A stretch of DNA of 64,000 bases from the human T2T-CHM13v2.0 reference genome, Homo sapiens. The first letter of the stretch is position 1. Each line of letters opens with the position of its first letter. The notes under the pieces were generated by a model, which saw only the letters and a list, made by a program, of their open reading frames with translations, was not told the DNA's origin and made no database searches. The position numbers and the translations under genes were made by a program. The DNA is taken from NCBI RefSeq assembly GCF_009914755.1, contig NC_060933.1; one strand, 5' to 3'. Of this stretch, positions 32,713-53,570 are shown piece by piece.

Positions 32713-33917
32713 CTTGGCAGTCTGTGAGAGACCAGGGTGCCCCTTGGTCTTGCTTATCACTCTCCTCAGTGCCTGGCTGAGTAAGCATGTGCTGGCCTGG
32801 AGGAGGGTGGCAGGGGCAGATCATGGAGGGGTCAGATGCCAGACTCAGGAGATGAGAAGCCACATGTGGGCAGTGGGGAGACACAGAGGGTCATCTCGCA
32901 AGGGAGGGACCCTCGCCAAAGCCAGTGTTGGTGGCCATGAAGGCAGCAGAGTGAAGCTGGGATCTTCCCATGTAGCCCCTAGGAGGAGCCATCAGTGCTG
33001 CTGGGCTTCATGAAGCCCTCTCTGTGTCCACACAGTGCTGAGCTCTGTCCATACACTGCTGCTCCTTACTACGGCCCTATTGTCCCATTTCTTAACACAG
33101 AAAACTGAGGCACAGAAATGTCTATGCGCATGATTCTCAAATTGTGTTCCAGAGCCCCAGGGGTCCCATGCAGACCCTCGGGGCCAAAGCCAGGTTGTGG
33201 GAAAGCAGAGAAGCCACTGAGCCTATCTTTGCTTCCAGCACAGCCTCCCGCCCCCGTCTCTGTTTTAGAGATCAGCTTCTGCTCAAAGAAAAGCTCCCTG
33301 GCTTAAAACAGTTTGAGACCCCCTGGGAAGGTGGGAGTAAAACTGTTTTGGAAACAGCCAGCCAGGACCAGGCAGGAGCACTGGCCTGTGCAGGCCCTGG
33401 GAAATGCCGGAGGGCTCAGGGTGGGGCTGTGCGTGAGGGTGGGCCCGAGGAACTGCCCTTCCCAAGAAGCCAGGGAAGGCTGGTTTCCCAACCAGCCCCT
33501 TGTGCCAATGTCTCCCTGACACTCTGGCATTTTGGCCATCTGGAGGGAGTGTTATATCCTGATGAGGCGTGACAGAGGAGAGGGAGAGGGGGAGCTGTAG
33601 GGCAGAGCCCTGGGCTGGGCAAGGGAGGCCCAGCAGCTGCTCCAGGTCCTGCTGCTGACCTGTTGTGCAAGGCCCTCCCTCTCTCGGCTGCCATTTCCCC
33701 GTCTGACCATGACACAGGAGCCATAAAGCATGATAGGAAAGAGACGGTGATTCATGATATCTCCCCTGCCGAATGTTGGGAAAGAGACGTGGATTTATAT
33801 GAATTTGGGTTCTGCTCCTGGTTCTACCGTTGAACAGCTGGGTGGCCTTGGGCAAGTCACTTGCCCCCTCTGAACTGCATCCATCTGTAAAATGAGGGTG
33901 AAAGTTGTCCATACCTG

Positions 33918-34560
33918 GTGTTAGTTTGGGCCACCAGAAGCAGGCTCTGAAGCCAGAGATTCATGTGCAAGTGATTTATTTTGAAAATATTCCTGAGCTG
34001 GGCGTGGTGGCTCATCCCTCTAATCCCAGTGCTTTGGGAGGCTGAGGCAGGAGGATCACTTGAGGCCAAGGTGGGAAGATCATTGTTCAAGACCAGCTGG
34101 AATAACGTAGTAAGATCCCATCTCTACAAAACATAAAACACTTAACTAGGCAGGATGGTGCACACCTGTAGTCCTAGCTACTCCAGAGGCTGAGGTGGGA
34201 GGATTGCTTGAGCTCAGTAGTTCGAGGCTGCAGTGAGCTAGGATCATGCCACTGCACTCTTTCCTGGGTGACAGAGTCTCTGAAAAACAAACAAACAAGA
34301 AAAGAAAATACTCCCCAGAGAAACTGGAAATGAAGTGGGAGACGCAGGGTGGGGAGAAGAGGGTATCCAAGTGAGGGTGTGGTCTTGGGAAAAGTGCCAG
34401 CCTCAGTCACATCCCCAGAGGATCTCTGGAGTGGGGACAACAGCTCAATTCATCCCCACTGGGGCTAGTGAGTTGGGATTATAGATGTCCATGTCACTAG
34501 ATCATTGCCTCAAGGCAGCTGCAAGAGGACGTATACTCCCTGGCACTTTGGGGGCGAAGC
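33918..34560 (-). mobile_element. Old ERVL/MaLR-type LTR relic with nested AluJ (33997-34305, plus strand)
   Basis: GATTCATGTGCAAGTGATTTATT resembles a reverse LTR 3' end; the Alu is clear; LTR limits uncertain. Confidence 0.45.
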
Positions 34561-34834
34561 AACTCTAAAGAGAGTCACAGATGCAGGCACATGGAAGCCA
34601 GGGACGGGCACAAAATCTAGTAAGAGGGATCTCAGAAGATCCGGACAAACTCCTCCAGTGCCCACTACACACCTCACGAGGTTGTTACAATGATTAATTG
34701 GTATAACTCCTTAAAGCCCCTAGCACAGCGCCTGGCACGTGGTAAGGGCTCAGAAGATGGAACCTGTGGTTTTTCTTGTGATTATTAGCAGGCTGGGGCT
34801 GGTGAGTGCTCAGGGCCCATGCCAGCCACTCTGA

Positions 34835-35479
<645 letters not shown>

Positions 35480-35727
35480 TGACCATGGGAAGCCAGACTC
35501 CAGCCAGGAGCTGGGGGAGGGAAATGCAGGCCACAGGGTCCAGCCTCTGGGGAAGAGGTCTAACTGGCTCAAGGGCCTGCAGGAAGCTGAAGTCTGAGTG
35601 GAGAAACCGAGGCACCTGCTGGTTGTATGAAAGGGGTTCAGAGGGAGCTGGAACTTGCAGTTGCCCCCAGTGCACCAAGATCAGGACCCACAATTCTGGG
35701 GGTACCATTCGCACAAGATTCCTTGGT

Positions 35728-36030
35728 GGCTGGGCATGGTGGCTCAGTGGCCTGGCGCAGTGCCTCACACCTGTAATCCCAGCACTTTGGGAGGCCGAGG
35801 CAGGCGGATCACTTGAGGCCAGAAGTTTGAGACCAGCTTGGCCAATATGATGAAACCCCATCTCTACTAAAAATACAAAAATTAGGCGTGGTGGTATGTG
35901 CCTGTAATCCCAGCTACTCAGTAGGCTGAGGCAGGAGAATCACTTGAACCTGGGAAGCGGAGGTTGCAGTGAACCGAGATCGTGCCACAGCCTGGGCGAC
36001 AGAGCAAGACTGTCTCAAAATAAAAAATAA
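35728..36030 (+). mobile_element. AluS downstream of exon 3
   Basis: Alu with a doubled 5' start. Confidence 0.88.
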
Positions 36031-36987
36031 GATACCTTGTCGGAGTGCCCCCCCTGGGTTGGTAAAACATGGCAGGACTGACCGAGCCCACTGGGCTAGT
36101 GCCCAGCTGCTGTGGAGGCAGAGGTGCTGCGTGTCCTGCCCTGGTCAGGGTGAATGTGCTATAGGACTGGGCAGGGGACCAGGACTGCCCCTGGGGACAA
36201 GGACAGAGTTGGGCGAGCATGGGGGTCCAAGCTGCAGGTTCGAGGTTTGTATCTCTGCTGGCGCAGCCTCACCTCCGCCTGTTTCCTGCATCCGGCCTCT
36301 GTTGGGCCACTGGGAGTCTGGGGACATACAGCTGCCAGGAGCGGGCGTGGGGGCTTCCTTTCCCAGCTTCCTTTACAGAGGGAGGGGGCACCTGGGCATC
36401 CTGTGCCCCAGAGTAGGAGATTAACCCCTTCCTCACCCCAAAGTTGGGATCACAGTGGCTTTAAGTATTCGAAAAGTGTTTGGTATGTACCTACTATTGG
36501 CCAAGCCCCTGGCAGCAGGGGAGAAAGCTGACACTTGGTGAATTTCTTCTGTGTCCCAGTATTTCCTGTGCAGCTAGTACATTCCAGGCCCTCCCGTTAC
36601 TGGCTCTGAAGTTATTCTCCTTTGATCTTTCCTCTTGTAACCTCAGGAAATGTCAACCCACTTCATGTAACTCTGAGCCAGATGATCCGGAGGGTATATC
36701 AGCTAGGCCTGGAACCAACCAGAGATGGTTTCCACAGCCACAGAAAAATGACTTTTTAATTATCTCCTGTTTTGCATTATCTTGCATTGCTCCTGTTAAC
36801 CATGGTTTACTAAGTGATAACCTTATGGAAAAATTAAAAGCAAAAAGCTTTTGTTCACCCTGGGAGGAGGTGGGGAGAGAACAGCCTCACTTGGGAGAGG
36901 CTGGCTCCCTCTGCCAAAGGGAAAAACCTCCCGGGGGATAAGCAGCAACTTGGGGTCTCAGCTTCCCTCTGCTCTCTTCCCTGACAC

Positions 36988-37211
36988 CAATAGTTCTCAA
37001 CCAGGGGTGACTTTGCCCCCAGGGGAAAGCTGGCAATAGCTGGAGACATTTTTGGTTGTCACAACTTAAGTGGGGGACAGGATGGGTGCTACTGGGATTC
37101 TACTGGTTAGAGGCCAGAGATTTGGCTAAATACCCTACAATACACAGGACAGTCCCCAAAAGCAAACAGCTATCTGGCAAATGTCAATAGTGATGAGGCT
37201 GAGAAAATCTG
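36988..37211 (+). mobile_element. MER20-like hAT MITE
   Basis: GTTCTCAACCAGGGGTGACTTTGCCCCCAGGGGA...GGAGACATTTTTGGTTGTCACAACT...GAGGCTGAGAAA. Confidence 0.8.
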
Positions 37212-37249
37212 TCATACACTTTGACTTCTGTCATCCCTGGGATCTAGTT

Positions 37250-37602
<353 letters not shown>

Positions 37603-38471
37603 TAGTTGTTAGTATGATGACATAATAGCCCACTTTTCAGGCAGGGAAACTGAGGCTTGGAGAAGTAGCTACTGGCCCAAAGTTACCCAGCCAGGAAGTA
37701 GAGAGCAAGGATTTGAATCCAAGGGTATCCGACTCCTGCCTGCTGCCTCTTGGTCCCTGAACATGAGTCACCCAGGGATGACTGGACGTCAATCACTTTT
37801 AGGTTATCTTTTCCTCTGTAACAATTTCTACAAATGAAATTCTGGACCCATAATTCTGTTGCTCCGCGGCTTCTCAGCAAACTGGTGCTTTCTGCCTCTG
37901 ACTTCTGTCTGTCCTGCTTTAGCTGAAAAGTATACTCAGACGAAAGAATCCCAGATCTACTAGAGCTTTGGCGAACTGGGACTGATACCTGCCAGGCCCC
38001 CCAGGTTTCCAAGTCCTCTCCAGTGAACAAGGCCAGCTTGGGTGACAGCCCAGCAAAGGAGATCCCTAGATAGCGGGAGGTTCACAGAGCGAGGGGCATT
38101 ATGGTTCTAAGCAGTCTGTCTGCTCCTGGCAGGATTCAGAACCAGGAGTAGATCCAGGAGCTGGTGTGGGAGCTGCTAAAAGTAGGCAAGGAGCCAGAGC
38201 CCCAGCAAGGGGAGATGAGGCAGGGAAGGAGAACAGCCCTGGGAGTAAAGGCAGGGCTCAGTGCTGGGAGAGGAGCCGGCACGGCCCAGGAGAGAAGCTG
38301 GAGACTTGCAGGGAGCAGAGATTCACCCTCAGCAAAACCCCAAAGGGTTCCACTCCATCTACACTGTTTGAAGATTTTATAAGCAGAAGATATTTATGTA
38401 TTATGTATACAATTTTAAAGTAATTTTAAAGTAGCAAAAGATTGGAAGCAACTTAAGTAACCATCCATAAT

Positions 38472-39020
<549 letters not shown>

Positions 39021-39455
39021 AAGGGACTGGGTAAATAAATTATGGCCTTTAAGCAATGGTGTACTGTGTGGCCATGAGAAGGAACGGAGCACTATATATG
39101 CAGATATGCATCAGTTCCCAAAATAGGCTGTTCAGCAAAAAAGAAAAGTGGTAAAAATATGTGTGTATGTATACATGTGTTCCCGTAAATATACAGACTC
39201 TCTTTAGAAGGATATACAAGGAACCTATAATAACTGTTGGCACTGAGAAATAAAGGTGGGAGGGTGACTTTTTATAGCCGTTGATATCTTTTACATTTAG
39301 TACCATGCACATGTATTATCTATTTTTTTAATTCCTTCACTTTTTAAATTTAAAAAGTTCATAAACACAGGGTCTCTTGGAGCCTATTTTTCCTGCTCAT
39401 GCTCACTGCGGCCGCCCCTAGCCCGTTCGGGGGACTGGGCAGCAAAGCCTAATGA

Positions 39456-39758
<303 letters not shown>

Positions 39759-41138
39759 TGATCATGGGGCCGGAGCTGGCTGAACTTGGGAGCTCAGTGT
39801 GCCAGGACGTTGGCCCTGTGGATCAGCTCGATGGGGGTTTGGGGCTGTAAGATGGGGTTGAGGACTGGCACAGCCAGAGAGTCCCTGGCAGGGTGAGGTG
39901 CAGGGGATACCTGCTGTACAGCAAGCACAGTCAGCACAGGGAATGGGGGATAGGCCTGGGGATCCTGCCAAGGGGGCTGGTCCCTAAGCCAGGTGTTTGG
40001 CATCCTTCTCATTCCCAAGCTTGAAACTAGTAGGGACAAGCTTGTGGAGGTGGTGCCCCCTGCCTGGCCCTCAGAGACCAGGTTGGCTGCAGCAAAACCA
40101 CTTCTAGCCTCCCCTGCTGTGGCTGGGTTGAGCCTGCTCAGAGGGAGGTGGGCAATGCCTCAGGGACCCCTGCAGACTGATACCCATTCATCCAACCCAC
40201 CCTGGGGTACAGAACCCCTGCAGCCAATACCCAGGCACTCGACCTCCAAGCTCAGAGCAGAGTGAGCAGAGGCACTGGTTCTGTCACTAGGCAGAGCCAC
40301 CCATGACAGATAACACACCTGCGTGCAAATGTGATAAACGTCCTCTCTGTAGGCAGATGAACTGTGAAGCTGGTTCTCCCTCTGAGCAGATCAATTAGAA
40401 GGAACAACCACTTTTGGGTGAGCCGGTTGCACAGAGGCTCCTGCCTTTGCTGGGTATGTGGCTTGGCAAATGGAGTGCAGACTGGATTCAACCCCATTCA
40501 GGCTCCTCTGGCCAGTCACCCTTGGGCAAGACACAAGCCACACCATTGTTCACACTGGCCTTGTGTTTTGGTGAGTGGCTGAAGAAGGGAGCTGACATTT
40601 GTGGAATTCCTACTTTAAACTTGACTTTCTCACAGACATTGTCAGTGAACCCCATAGTCACCTGGGAGGAGGGGCGACCCCTGCCCATTTGGCAGATGAG
40701 GCATGGAGAGAGGTCACATGGAGAGGCGGTGGCGGAGCTGGGACTGGCAGCCAGGTCTGCGTGACTGCCAAGCCCACCCTCTTCCTCTCTTCTTCTCCAC
40801 ATCTCGGTCTCCTTTGCTGACATTGTGATAATGCAGCCATTTGTGTCTGCAACTGGGACTGCCTAGATGCCGATAAAGCAGCTAGGAAGCCTGTGCCTTG
40901 GCCCCCAGCTGGCTTCCTGCTCATTCCCGTGCCAATTCCGCAGGCGAGAATGAAGCGTGTTTTGGCAATGGTGCAGAAGGCACCCAGCTACTGTACTTGC
41001 CGTATCTGCTGGAGCTTCTGCCTAACGATGAGTGATGTCACAGGCCCTGTGTTCTTGTGCCAAGCCAGCATCGGAGGCATTTAAATAGGAAGTGAAAATA
41101 ACAAAACACAAAAAGTTAGAAATGGCATATCCTAGAGG

Positions 41139-41255
41139 TTGGGTGACCAACCCTGTCCCAGTTTGCCTGGGACTTGAGGGTTTTTCCAGGATGCAGCACT
41201 TTCAGTGCTAAAACTAGGAATGTTCCAGGCACTCTGGGATGAGTTGGTCACCTTG
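41139..41255. mobile_element. MER81-like hAT-Blackjack MITE
   Basis: TIRs GGTGACCAAC / GTTGGTCACC, ~115 bp; degenerate 8-bp TSD CCTAGAGG / CCTAGGTG. Confidence 0.7.
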
Positions 41256-41299
41256 CCTAGGTGCCTAAGAACCTCTCCCCTGCCCACGTACTAAGACCA

Positions 41300-41326
41300 A
41301 TGAGTAAGAGAGACAAGGCTGGGAAG
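41300..41326 (+). CDS. OLFML2A: Putative alternative first coding exon of a short OLFML2A isoform (MSKRDKAGK)
   Basis: ATG AGT AAG AGA GAC AAG GCT GGG AAG then strong donor AAG|GTGAGC; phase 0, so in frame with exon 5; would give 438 aa. Confidence 0.6.
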
Positions 41327-41557
41327 GTGAGCAGGTGGAGGAGGCTGCCTCCCAGGGAGCTGGTCCTTCTAGCCTGCCCCCCAGGGGGATTGGACAGGAG
41401 TTGAGAAGTGGGACAGGAATCTAACCTATCAGGTTGGACTTCAAGCCTGCAAGGGAGCTAAAGAGCTGGGTGAGGAAACTGAGGCAAACCAGTCATGGAT
41501 GTAGCCACCATGGTGGGGTAAAGGAAAGCTGTGACTTTGTGAGTGCTTGGGACATAG

Positions 41558-41920
<363 letters not shown>

Positions 41921-43163
41921 TAGGAGGGGAATGGGGACCCTGGGGAGTCAGGGATGGATGCCTCCTAGGAATCCCCTCATCTTCTCTGCAGTGGGACCAC
42001 CCCAGATTCAGTTCCACCCATTGATTACCTGTTGGGTGCCCTCTGCTCATTCACATATGAGGATAACACCCCACTCAGGGGGTCATTGGGATGAGATGGC
42101 AGAACCAACCTGCAGGGCCACTCAGTGGCTTTTCAGTATTTACAGCTGTCTTCACCTTCACTGGACTTTTCTTTGTGCTTTTGAAAATGTGCTGAAGGTC
42201 CGCTCTGACCAGGTGACAGGGAATGGTAGAGACACAGTCCCTGTCCCCACAGATCTCACAGTCTAGTGAGAAAAAATACCTATGACCAGGCAGCTGCCAC
42301 AGTGAGGGGCAGGAGAATACCGGGCTCCTGAGAAGTGACAAGGGCTTTCAGGGCATCTCTCATTTCCTCTCCAGCTCCTCCCTCTTCTTATATCCCCAAG
42401 GAAGAGCCCACAGACTCTTGTATTTTTCCTGCAGCTCTCTGCTGCATCACAGAGAAGGGTGACAAAGTAATTGGCAAACAAGAGACACACGTTTCAAGAT
42501 ACCCCAAATTTCTGAGCCATCTCTACGGGTTGTGGTTCTTGATTCCCCCACTAAGACCCGCCCCAGATGGCTGCTCTCTTCTGATGTCCCAGAGGGGTGT
42601 CCCAAACCTGCTCCTCCCCTTCCTAGGTCCTGCTGACCACCTCCTCCTGCAAAGCCCTCCTTCCAGCCCATGTGCAAGGGGCGCAAGGAGGTGAAACAGT
42701 CAGGGACCAGGCTCCTTTGAGAGCCCTCTTGTTTCTTGGCCTCTCAGGACTCAGGGGCCTCTTTACCCTGGTCCCAGCTGCTGGCCCAAGCCCTGCCAGC
42801 TTGGTCTGGACATGGCACAGAGCCTCTGACCCCTGGCTGGGGCACTGCCTAAGAACAGCTGCAGGCATCTGACTCTGCCAGCAAGGCCTGTGGGAACAGG
42901 CACCCTGCCCTGGCAGGCTGCTTAGGCCAGGCCTCCCTGTGGTCCTCCTCGACCAGGGGGATGACCCCCTTCCCCGCCAGGGCCCAGGCTGCCCACAGCA
43001 GGGCCTGTGCAAAGAGGAAGCCCAAAATGGAGAAAAAAGGAAGAAGTTATTGTCCTCAAGTCAAGGGTTCTCTGAGCCCCTCACCCAGCTGACCAGGAGG
43101 TCCCCTGGGCACCAGACCATCATAGTAATAACAGCACCATTCCTTTGTCTCCCTGGTGTCACA

Positions 43164-43847
<684 letters not shown>

Positions 43848-44227
43848 TGATTCTGGCAGCAGCTGCATTTTCCATGGCAGAATAATAGGAGAAGGCCTGT
43901 AAAACGGGAACAAGAGCTTCTCTCTAGAATTGAATCTAGCAAATGAGAGAACTGGTACAAAGTGCTTGATGCATAGGAAGGAAAGGGATCTCCTTTTTGG
44001 TACCTCGTATTTGCTGGGATCTGTGCAAATGTTTATGTACATTTTTCTGTAGTCAACACCACAGTCCAGCATGGTGGGCTCCTGACTCTCAGTTCACAGA
44101 GGTGGCCCAGGAAGGCAGGGGGACATGGCTGAGGCCACCTGGCTGGGTTTAGAGCCCTGGCTGTGAAGTCCTCCCTGCCTCCCATTTGGAGACCTTTCAC
44201 CCCCCTCCAGGTGTGAGGAGGCCCTGA

Positions 44228-44599
<372 letters not shown>

Positions 44600-44692
44600 T
44601 GAGCCTCACAGGAGTCAGCACACTGTAGCCTGTGCCCAAATCTAGCCCACAGCCTGTTTCTGTGAAGCCCTCAAGTTAAGAAATGCTTTTTA

Positions 44693-45256
<564 letters not shown>

Positions 45257-45864
45257 GGTAGTATTTTCAACAAATTCTTCTTAAAATGTCACCTAGAATG
45301 CCATCATCAAATCCAGCAACTATTTTTATTTCTTTATTTCCTGTGTCCAATCGTTGGCTCTGTTTTGATGTCAGCATTTATAGTTTTGCTCTGTGTCTCA
45401 TGGTAGAAATCTTCCTCGTTAAGTCATTGATCCCGTCCTTCCGAAGGGATCTTGGCTCTCTGTGGTGAAAATCCTTCAAACCCTGTCCTGCTTTGGTCCA
45501 AGGTCATTCCACTTCTAGGAATCTTTCCTGAAGGATCTACCAGCAATGGGAACAACAGCTGCAGCTTAAGTGGTTGCATCATGGCATCATTTCTAATGTC
45601 AGAAAACTGGAAATAACACGAAGGGCTGACATGGGGAGGACTGGTCAGATAAATTCAGGGCACAGCTGTCCACCGGCCTGGCAGAACCTTGAAATCACAT
45701 CATTAAAAGCCTATTTAATGATGAGAGAAATTGCTCAACGGAGGCTAAAAACAGGATACATAAAACTGTATACTCACAGTTTTTTAAAGTATGTCTGCAT
45801 GACTGTACATGCAAAGAAAAAAGAAAAGGAAGGAAATGCCACATGTTTAAATTTTTCTTTGGAT

Positions 45865-46830
45865 GGGAGAATGGTGGGAGGGGGTAAAGGATAAAAGACT
45901 ACATACTGGCTGCAGTGTATACTGCTCAGGTGACTGATACATTAAAATATCAGAGATCACCACTAAAGAACTCACCCATGTAACCAAAAACCACCTGTTC
46001 CCCAAAAACTATTTAAATAAAATTTTATTATTATTGTTGTTGTTGTTTTGGTTTTTTTGGTTTTTTTTTTTTTTTTTTTTTTTTTGAGACGGAGTCTGAC
46101 TCTGCGGTCCAGGCTGGAGTGCAGTAGCGTGATCTCAGCTCACTGCAACCTCTGCCTCCTGAGCTCAAGAGATTCTCCTGCCTCAGCCTCCCAAGCAGAT
46201 GGGATTTCAGGCACACACCACCACGCCTGGCTAATTTTTCTAGTTTTAGTAGAGACAGTGTTTCGCCATGTTGACCACACTGGTCCTGAACTCCTGACCT
46301 CAAGTGATCAGTGAAATACAATTTTTAAAAAGAGAATAAAAGAACAGAAGAAAATTTTTCTCTGGATAATGGCAGTTTTTAGGTTTTTATTTTTTATCTT
46401 ATAAGAGTTTAAATTCTTTTTATTTTTTAAAAAGTAAAATAAAAAAGAAAAACCAAAAAAGAAAAAAATTTAAATTTTTGTACTGACAAATAAAAATTGT
46501 ATGTGTTCATTTGTTTGACATACTGCAGAAAGAATAATTTTTTTAAATGTGTGTATTTATAATGTACAACATAATGCTTTGATATGTGTACACACAGTGA
46601 AATGGCTAAATCAAGCTAATTAGCATATATATTACCTCACATTATGTATCTTTTTTTTGTGGCGAGAACACTTAAAATCTACTCTCTTAGCAATCAAAAT
46701 TCAAGTATACAGTATGTTGAACTTATTCCTGTTGTCTAAATGAAATTTTGAATGCTTTAAGCAACATCTCCTCAATTCCCCCCATCCACTAGTAACCACT
46801 ATTCTACTCTCTGCTTTTATGAGTTTGACT
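45865..46830. mobile_element. L1 3' fragments (L1P-like plus; L1MA-like minus) with an antisense Alu at 46050-46309
   Basis: CACCACTAAAGAACTCACCCATGTAACCAAAAACCACCTGTTCCCCAAAAAC; AACACTTAAAATCTACTCTCTTAGCAAT. Confidence 0.7.
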
Positions 46831-46859
46831 TTTTAACTTTTTAAATTTTTAATGTTTAT

Positions 46860-48328
<1,469 letters not shown>

Positions 48329-49134
48329 TAGGCTGGTTGAGCTCCAGATTGTTAGCCACCCCAAGGAGGGGGTTCTGGGCTGAGGGCACTGGGCTGGAGG
48401 CCCAGACAGACCCCATGGCACCCCGGTGTGCTAGCACCCTGCCAGGAACCAGAATGCAGCGGCAAACAAGAGAGACATGGTCCTGCCCTCACAAGTGTGA
48501 CTTACCATCAAGGGGCCAATACTGAGTTTCCATTTGTTGAACGCTTACCCTGTGCTGATCTCGCCCCCCGTGTATCAGCTCTTGGTAGCTACATACCTCC
48601 AGGAGGTGGGGTTATCACCTGTTTTATAGGTGCGCAGTGTCTCAGGTCTTAGCGGAGCTGCAGGTCTGGGCAGGGGCCAGGATGGAGCTGACGGCACAGG
48701 GAAGGGCAGAATTCTGCTTATCAAACCTGGGGAATGATGCCAGGAAGGGGTCATTTAGATCTAGCCTGCCCTTCAGAAATGCACAGTCTGGTGGGGGAGG
48801 CAAAGGCTTAAAGAGACGATTTCAGTACAGCATTAGAGGGAGCACTGAAGGGGCTATGGGAACCCAGCCTAGAGATCAGGGAAGACCTTCCCAGGAAGGT
48901 GATGCTGAGCTGGGCCCTGGAAGAAGAGTAGGAGTAAGCCATGCGGAAGGGAGAGGGAAGGGTGTTCCAGGCAGAAGGCTGAGTACATGCAGAGGCCTGG
49001 CAATGAGAGGAAACGTGATGGCCTGGGGTAGGGGGGATGGTGACTGAGTAAGCTGGGGCAGGCCTGGTGAGCCAGATAAAGGAGTTTGGACTTAACCCCG
49101 AGAGCCATGGAGTCACAACTAAAGGCCTGGAACA

Positions 49135-49634
<500 letters not shown>

Positions 49635-50049
49635 TCACTCAGGCTAGGGAGGTCAGTGAAGGTTTCCTAGAGGAGGTGACATTGGCCTGGGGCTCTGAAA
49701 GATGGGCAGGCATTCCCCAAGCAGACGGCCTGGGGAATGGCAGTCCTAACAGAGGAACAGCAGGGACGAAGGCCTGGAGACAAAGAATGGGGCTGATGTC
49801 ACCCTGTGTCTAAATCCTAGCTGTGCCATTCCAGAGCTGGGCGACCTTGATCCTCTGAGCCTTTTTTTTTTTAAGCAGATGGGATGACGATAGACCTCCT
49901 TCAGGAGACGCTTGTGCCATAATAAGATGTCATCCCAGCTCCAGGCACACTGCACATGCTTGGTATCAGTCACTTACTGGGCCACTGAGAGCCCTTGGTG
50001 GGCTCAGGGGATGTGGGTGGGCTGGGGTTGCTCGGGAGGTCTGGGGTGA

Positions 50050-50673
<624 letters not shown>

Positions 50674-52407
50674 GTGGAGACCTGTGCTCCCGGGAGAGGG
50701 GCAGCAGTGCGGGAGGGGCTTTGCACAGCAGCTCCTGCAACTGACCCAGTCCGCAAATATTTATTGGGGGCCAGCCCAGGGCTGGGACTGGGCATGAGGT
50801 GGTCACCAGGATTGAGCTTCCTCAGCACCCAGTGGGTAATACTTGCTTCCACTTGCAGAGCACCGTGCCAAGCACTTCCCACACACTTACCCGTTTGATT
50901 CTCCTAGCACCTCCCTTGGAGGTAGAGATCATGAACCCATTTAACAGACGAGGAGACAGGCTCAGAGAGGCACCGTCCCTTGCCTAACACCTCAGTTGTG
51001 ATCAGGCAGGCTGTGCTCTCAGGACAGCCCCATTTTAGGGATGAGGAGACTTCACCACGCCCTCCCCTCCCTGCCCTCCCCCATCTCCCCTGGTCTCCCT
51101 TGTTCTCTCAACCCAGTCTCCCTTCCCAGGGCCACTCAGAACCAGAGGTCTTTAGGGCCAGTGTACTGGTGTGGGGTGGAGGCCCTGGCTCTGCCTGCCA
51201 TCCTAGGGCCCTGTTCTGGCTGAGCTGTTGGTGGCCCTGGGCTTTGGGCCCCTTAGCCAATGTCCTTGTCTCTTGTCTTTGGCCAGCCCCCTCAGCCCAG
51301 CCCACCCCACCCGCTGTCCGGCCACATTCCAAACCTCTACCGTCACCTAGCTGCTGAGCAGAAACCGCACCCCGAGAGAAAATCCCATCCTCTGTTCCAA
51401 GGCCCCTGTCTGCTCTATGCTCATTTTTATTTTCTCTTATTCTTCATCAGTGCCGTCATTTGTTTCTGCAGCAGCAGCTGAGAAGGCAGCCGGCAGCTCT
51501 GCCAGGGTGGGGAGCTGAGCTGAGGCTCCCTCTCCACCCAGAAGCACTGGCGTTGTTCACATAGTCAGGCCTTGGGTCCCCTCCCTGGTTCATCCCAGAG
51601 CCTTTGGGCCTGGAGTCCGCCTTGTCCTTTTTCTCTGGGCTTTCAAACCCACAACCTTTACACACTCAGGGATACCTCCGGGTCTGCCATGAATAAGACC
51701 CTAGGCCCAAGTCTGGTGTGGTGCCAGGATGGCACAGTTTCCCTCTTCCTTGCCAGCCCTGACCTGGTCACTGGGCAGGCTGGCCCAGCAGCCTGGGGGC
51801 TGCAGAAGACATGGTGTGAGTAGTTGGGTCCAGGGGAGGCATCAGGCCTTCTTCTGGTTGCAGGAGAGAACCAGAGGGTGGGAACGGGGAGGGAAGAACT
51901 GAGGGTCTGCAGACTGGACTTTTCCTGGCTCGACCCAGGACTTGGGTTGAGGATGCACGGGGGCCACCTTGCCCGGGGCCACTGGTGGCTCCCCAGAGCC
52001 TCAGACCCACACAGCCCAGAGGACGAGGCCTTCAAGCCTGCCCCTCTTCTGCTTTTTTAGACAGTATTTTTAGAGCTGGAAAGAAATTTTCTAGCCCAAC
52101 TCCCTGTTTCATGAAAGAGAAAAGAGGCTCAGAAAAGTTTAGAGAGCAGCTCAGTGTCACACTGGGAGCTGGGCACAGCCGATCTCCTTCCAGAAGGGTT
52201 CTGTCTGTATCCTTTATTCTCCGCACATGGAGGCTGCCCTACCTGGGAAGGCACCCCAGCACCTGTGAAGGACATTTACTGCTCATCCTCACCTGCCCCC
52301 TGGCCCTTGCTGCCTTCATTCTGTCCCAATGCCAGCTCCCTGGATGTCTGTATGTTTGAATACCAGTTGCCATGTTAGGAAGGTCAGCTGCACAGCCAAG
52401 AGTGTAA

Positions 52408-52722
<315 letters not shown>

Positions 52723-53199
52723 AGCAAATGCTTTTTGTGCAGAATACACTTCTTTCAGGCATTGTCAGGTGCTGTTTTGTTTAAGCTCTAACTCACCCCT
52801 GGAATACAGGGGAATGATGACAACCAGCCCAGCCAGGCCTGACTCATCATGGTCACATCCAGCCCCCACCCCCGGCCAACTAACCACTGCAGGCTCCTCT
52901 TCCAGACTCACCAGGGGGCCTCGAGGCCCCGGCATCTCCCTTGGCCCTGGGTGTGGGTTTTACAAGACTGTGTCTTTCATGACATCATAGCCCAACCATG
53001 TGAGAAGAAGGAGAAGGCCCCCCTTTCTTCATTAATCTGAAAAAAAGGAAAGTGAGAATAGGCTGATTTTTAAAAGTTAAGGGGCAAGCAGCATTGCATT
53101 CTGGGGGAACGATCCTGGCCACAGCCGCCAAACAAACATTCACTAGGCCTCTTCTGTTTTCATACCCTTGTAAGTGGGTTATGTGGTGGGTATGGTCAG

Positions 53200-53570
<371 letters not shown>

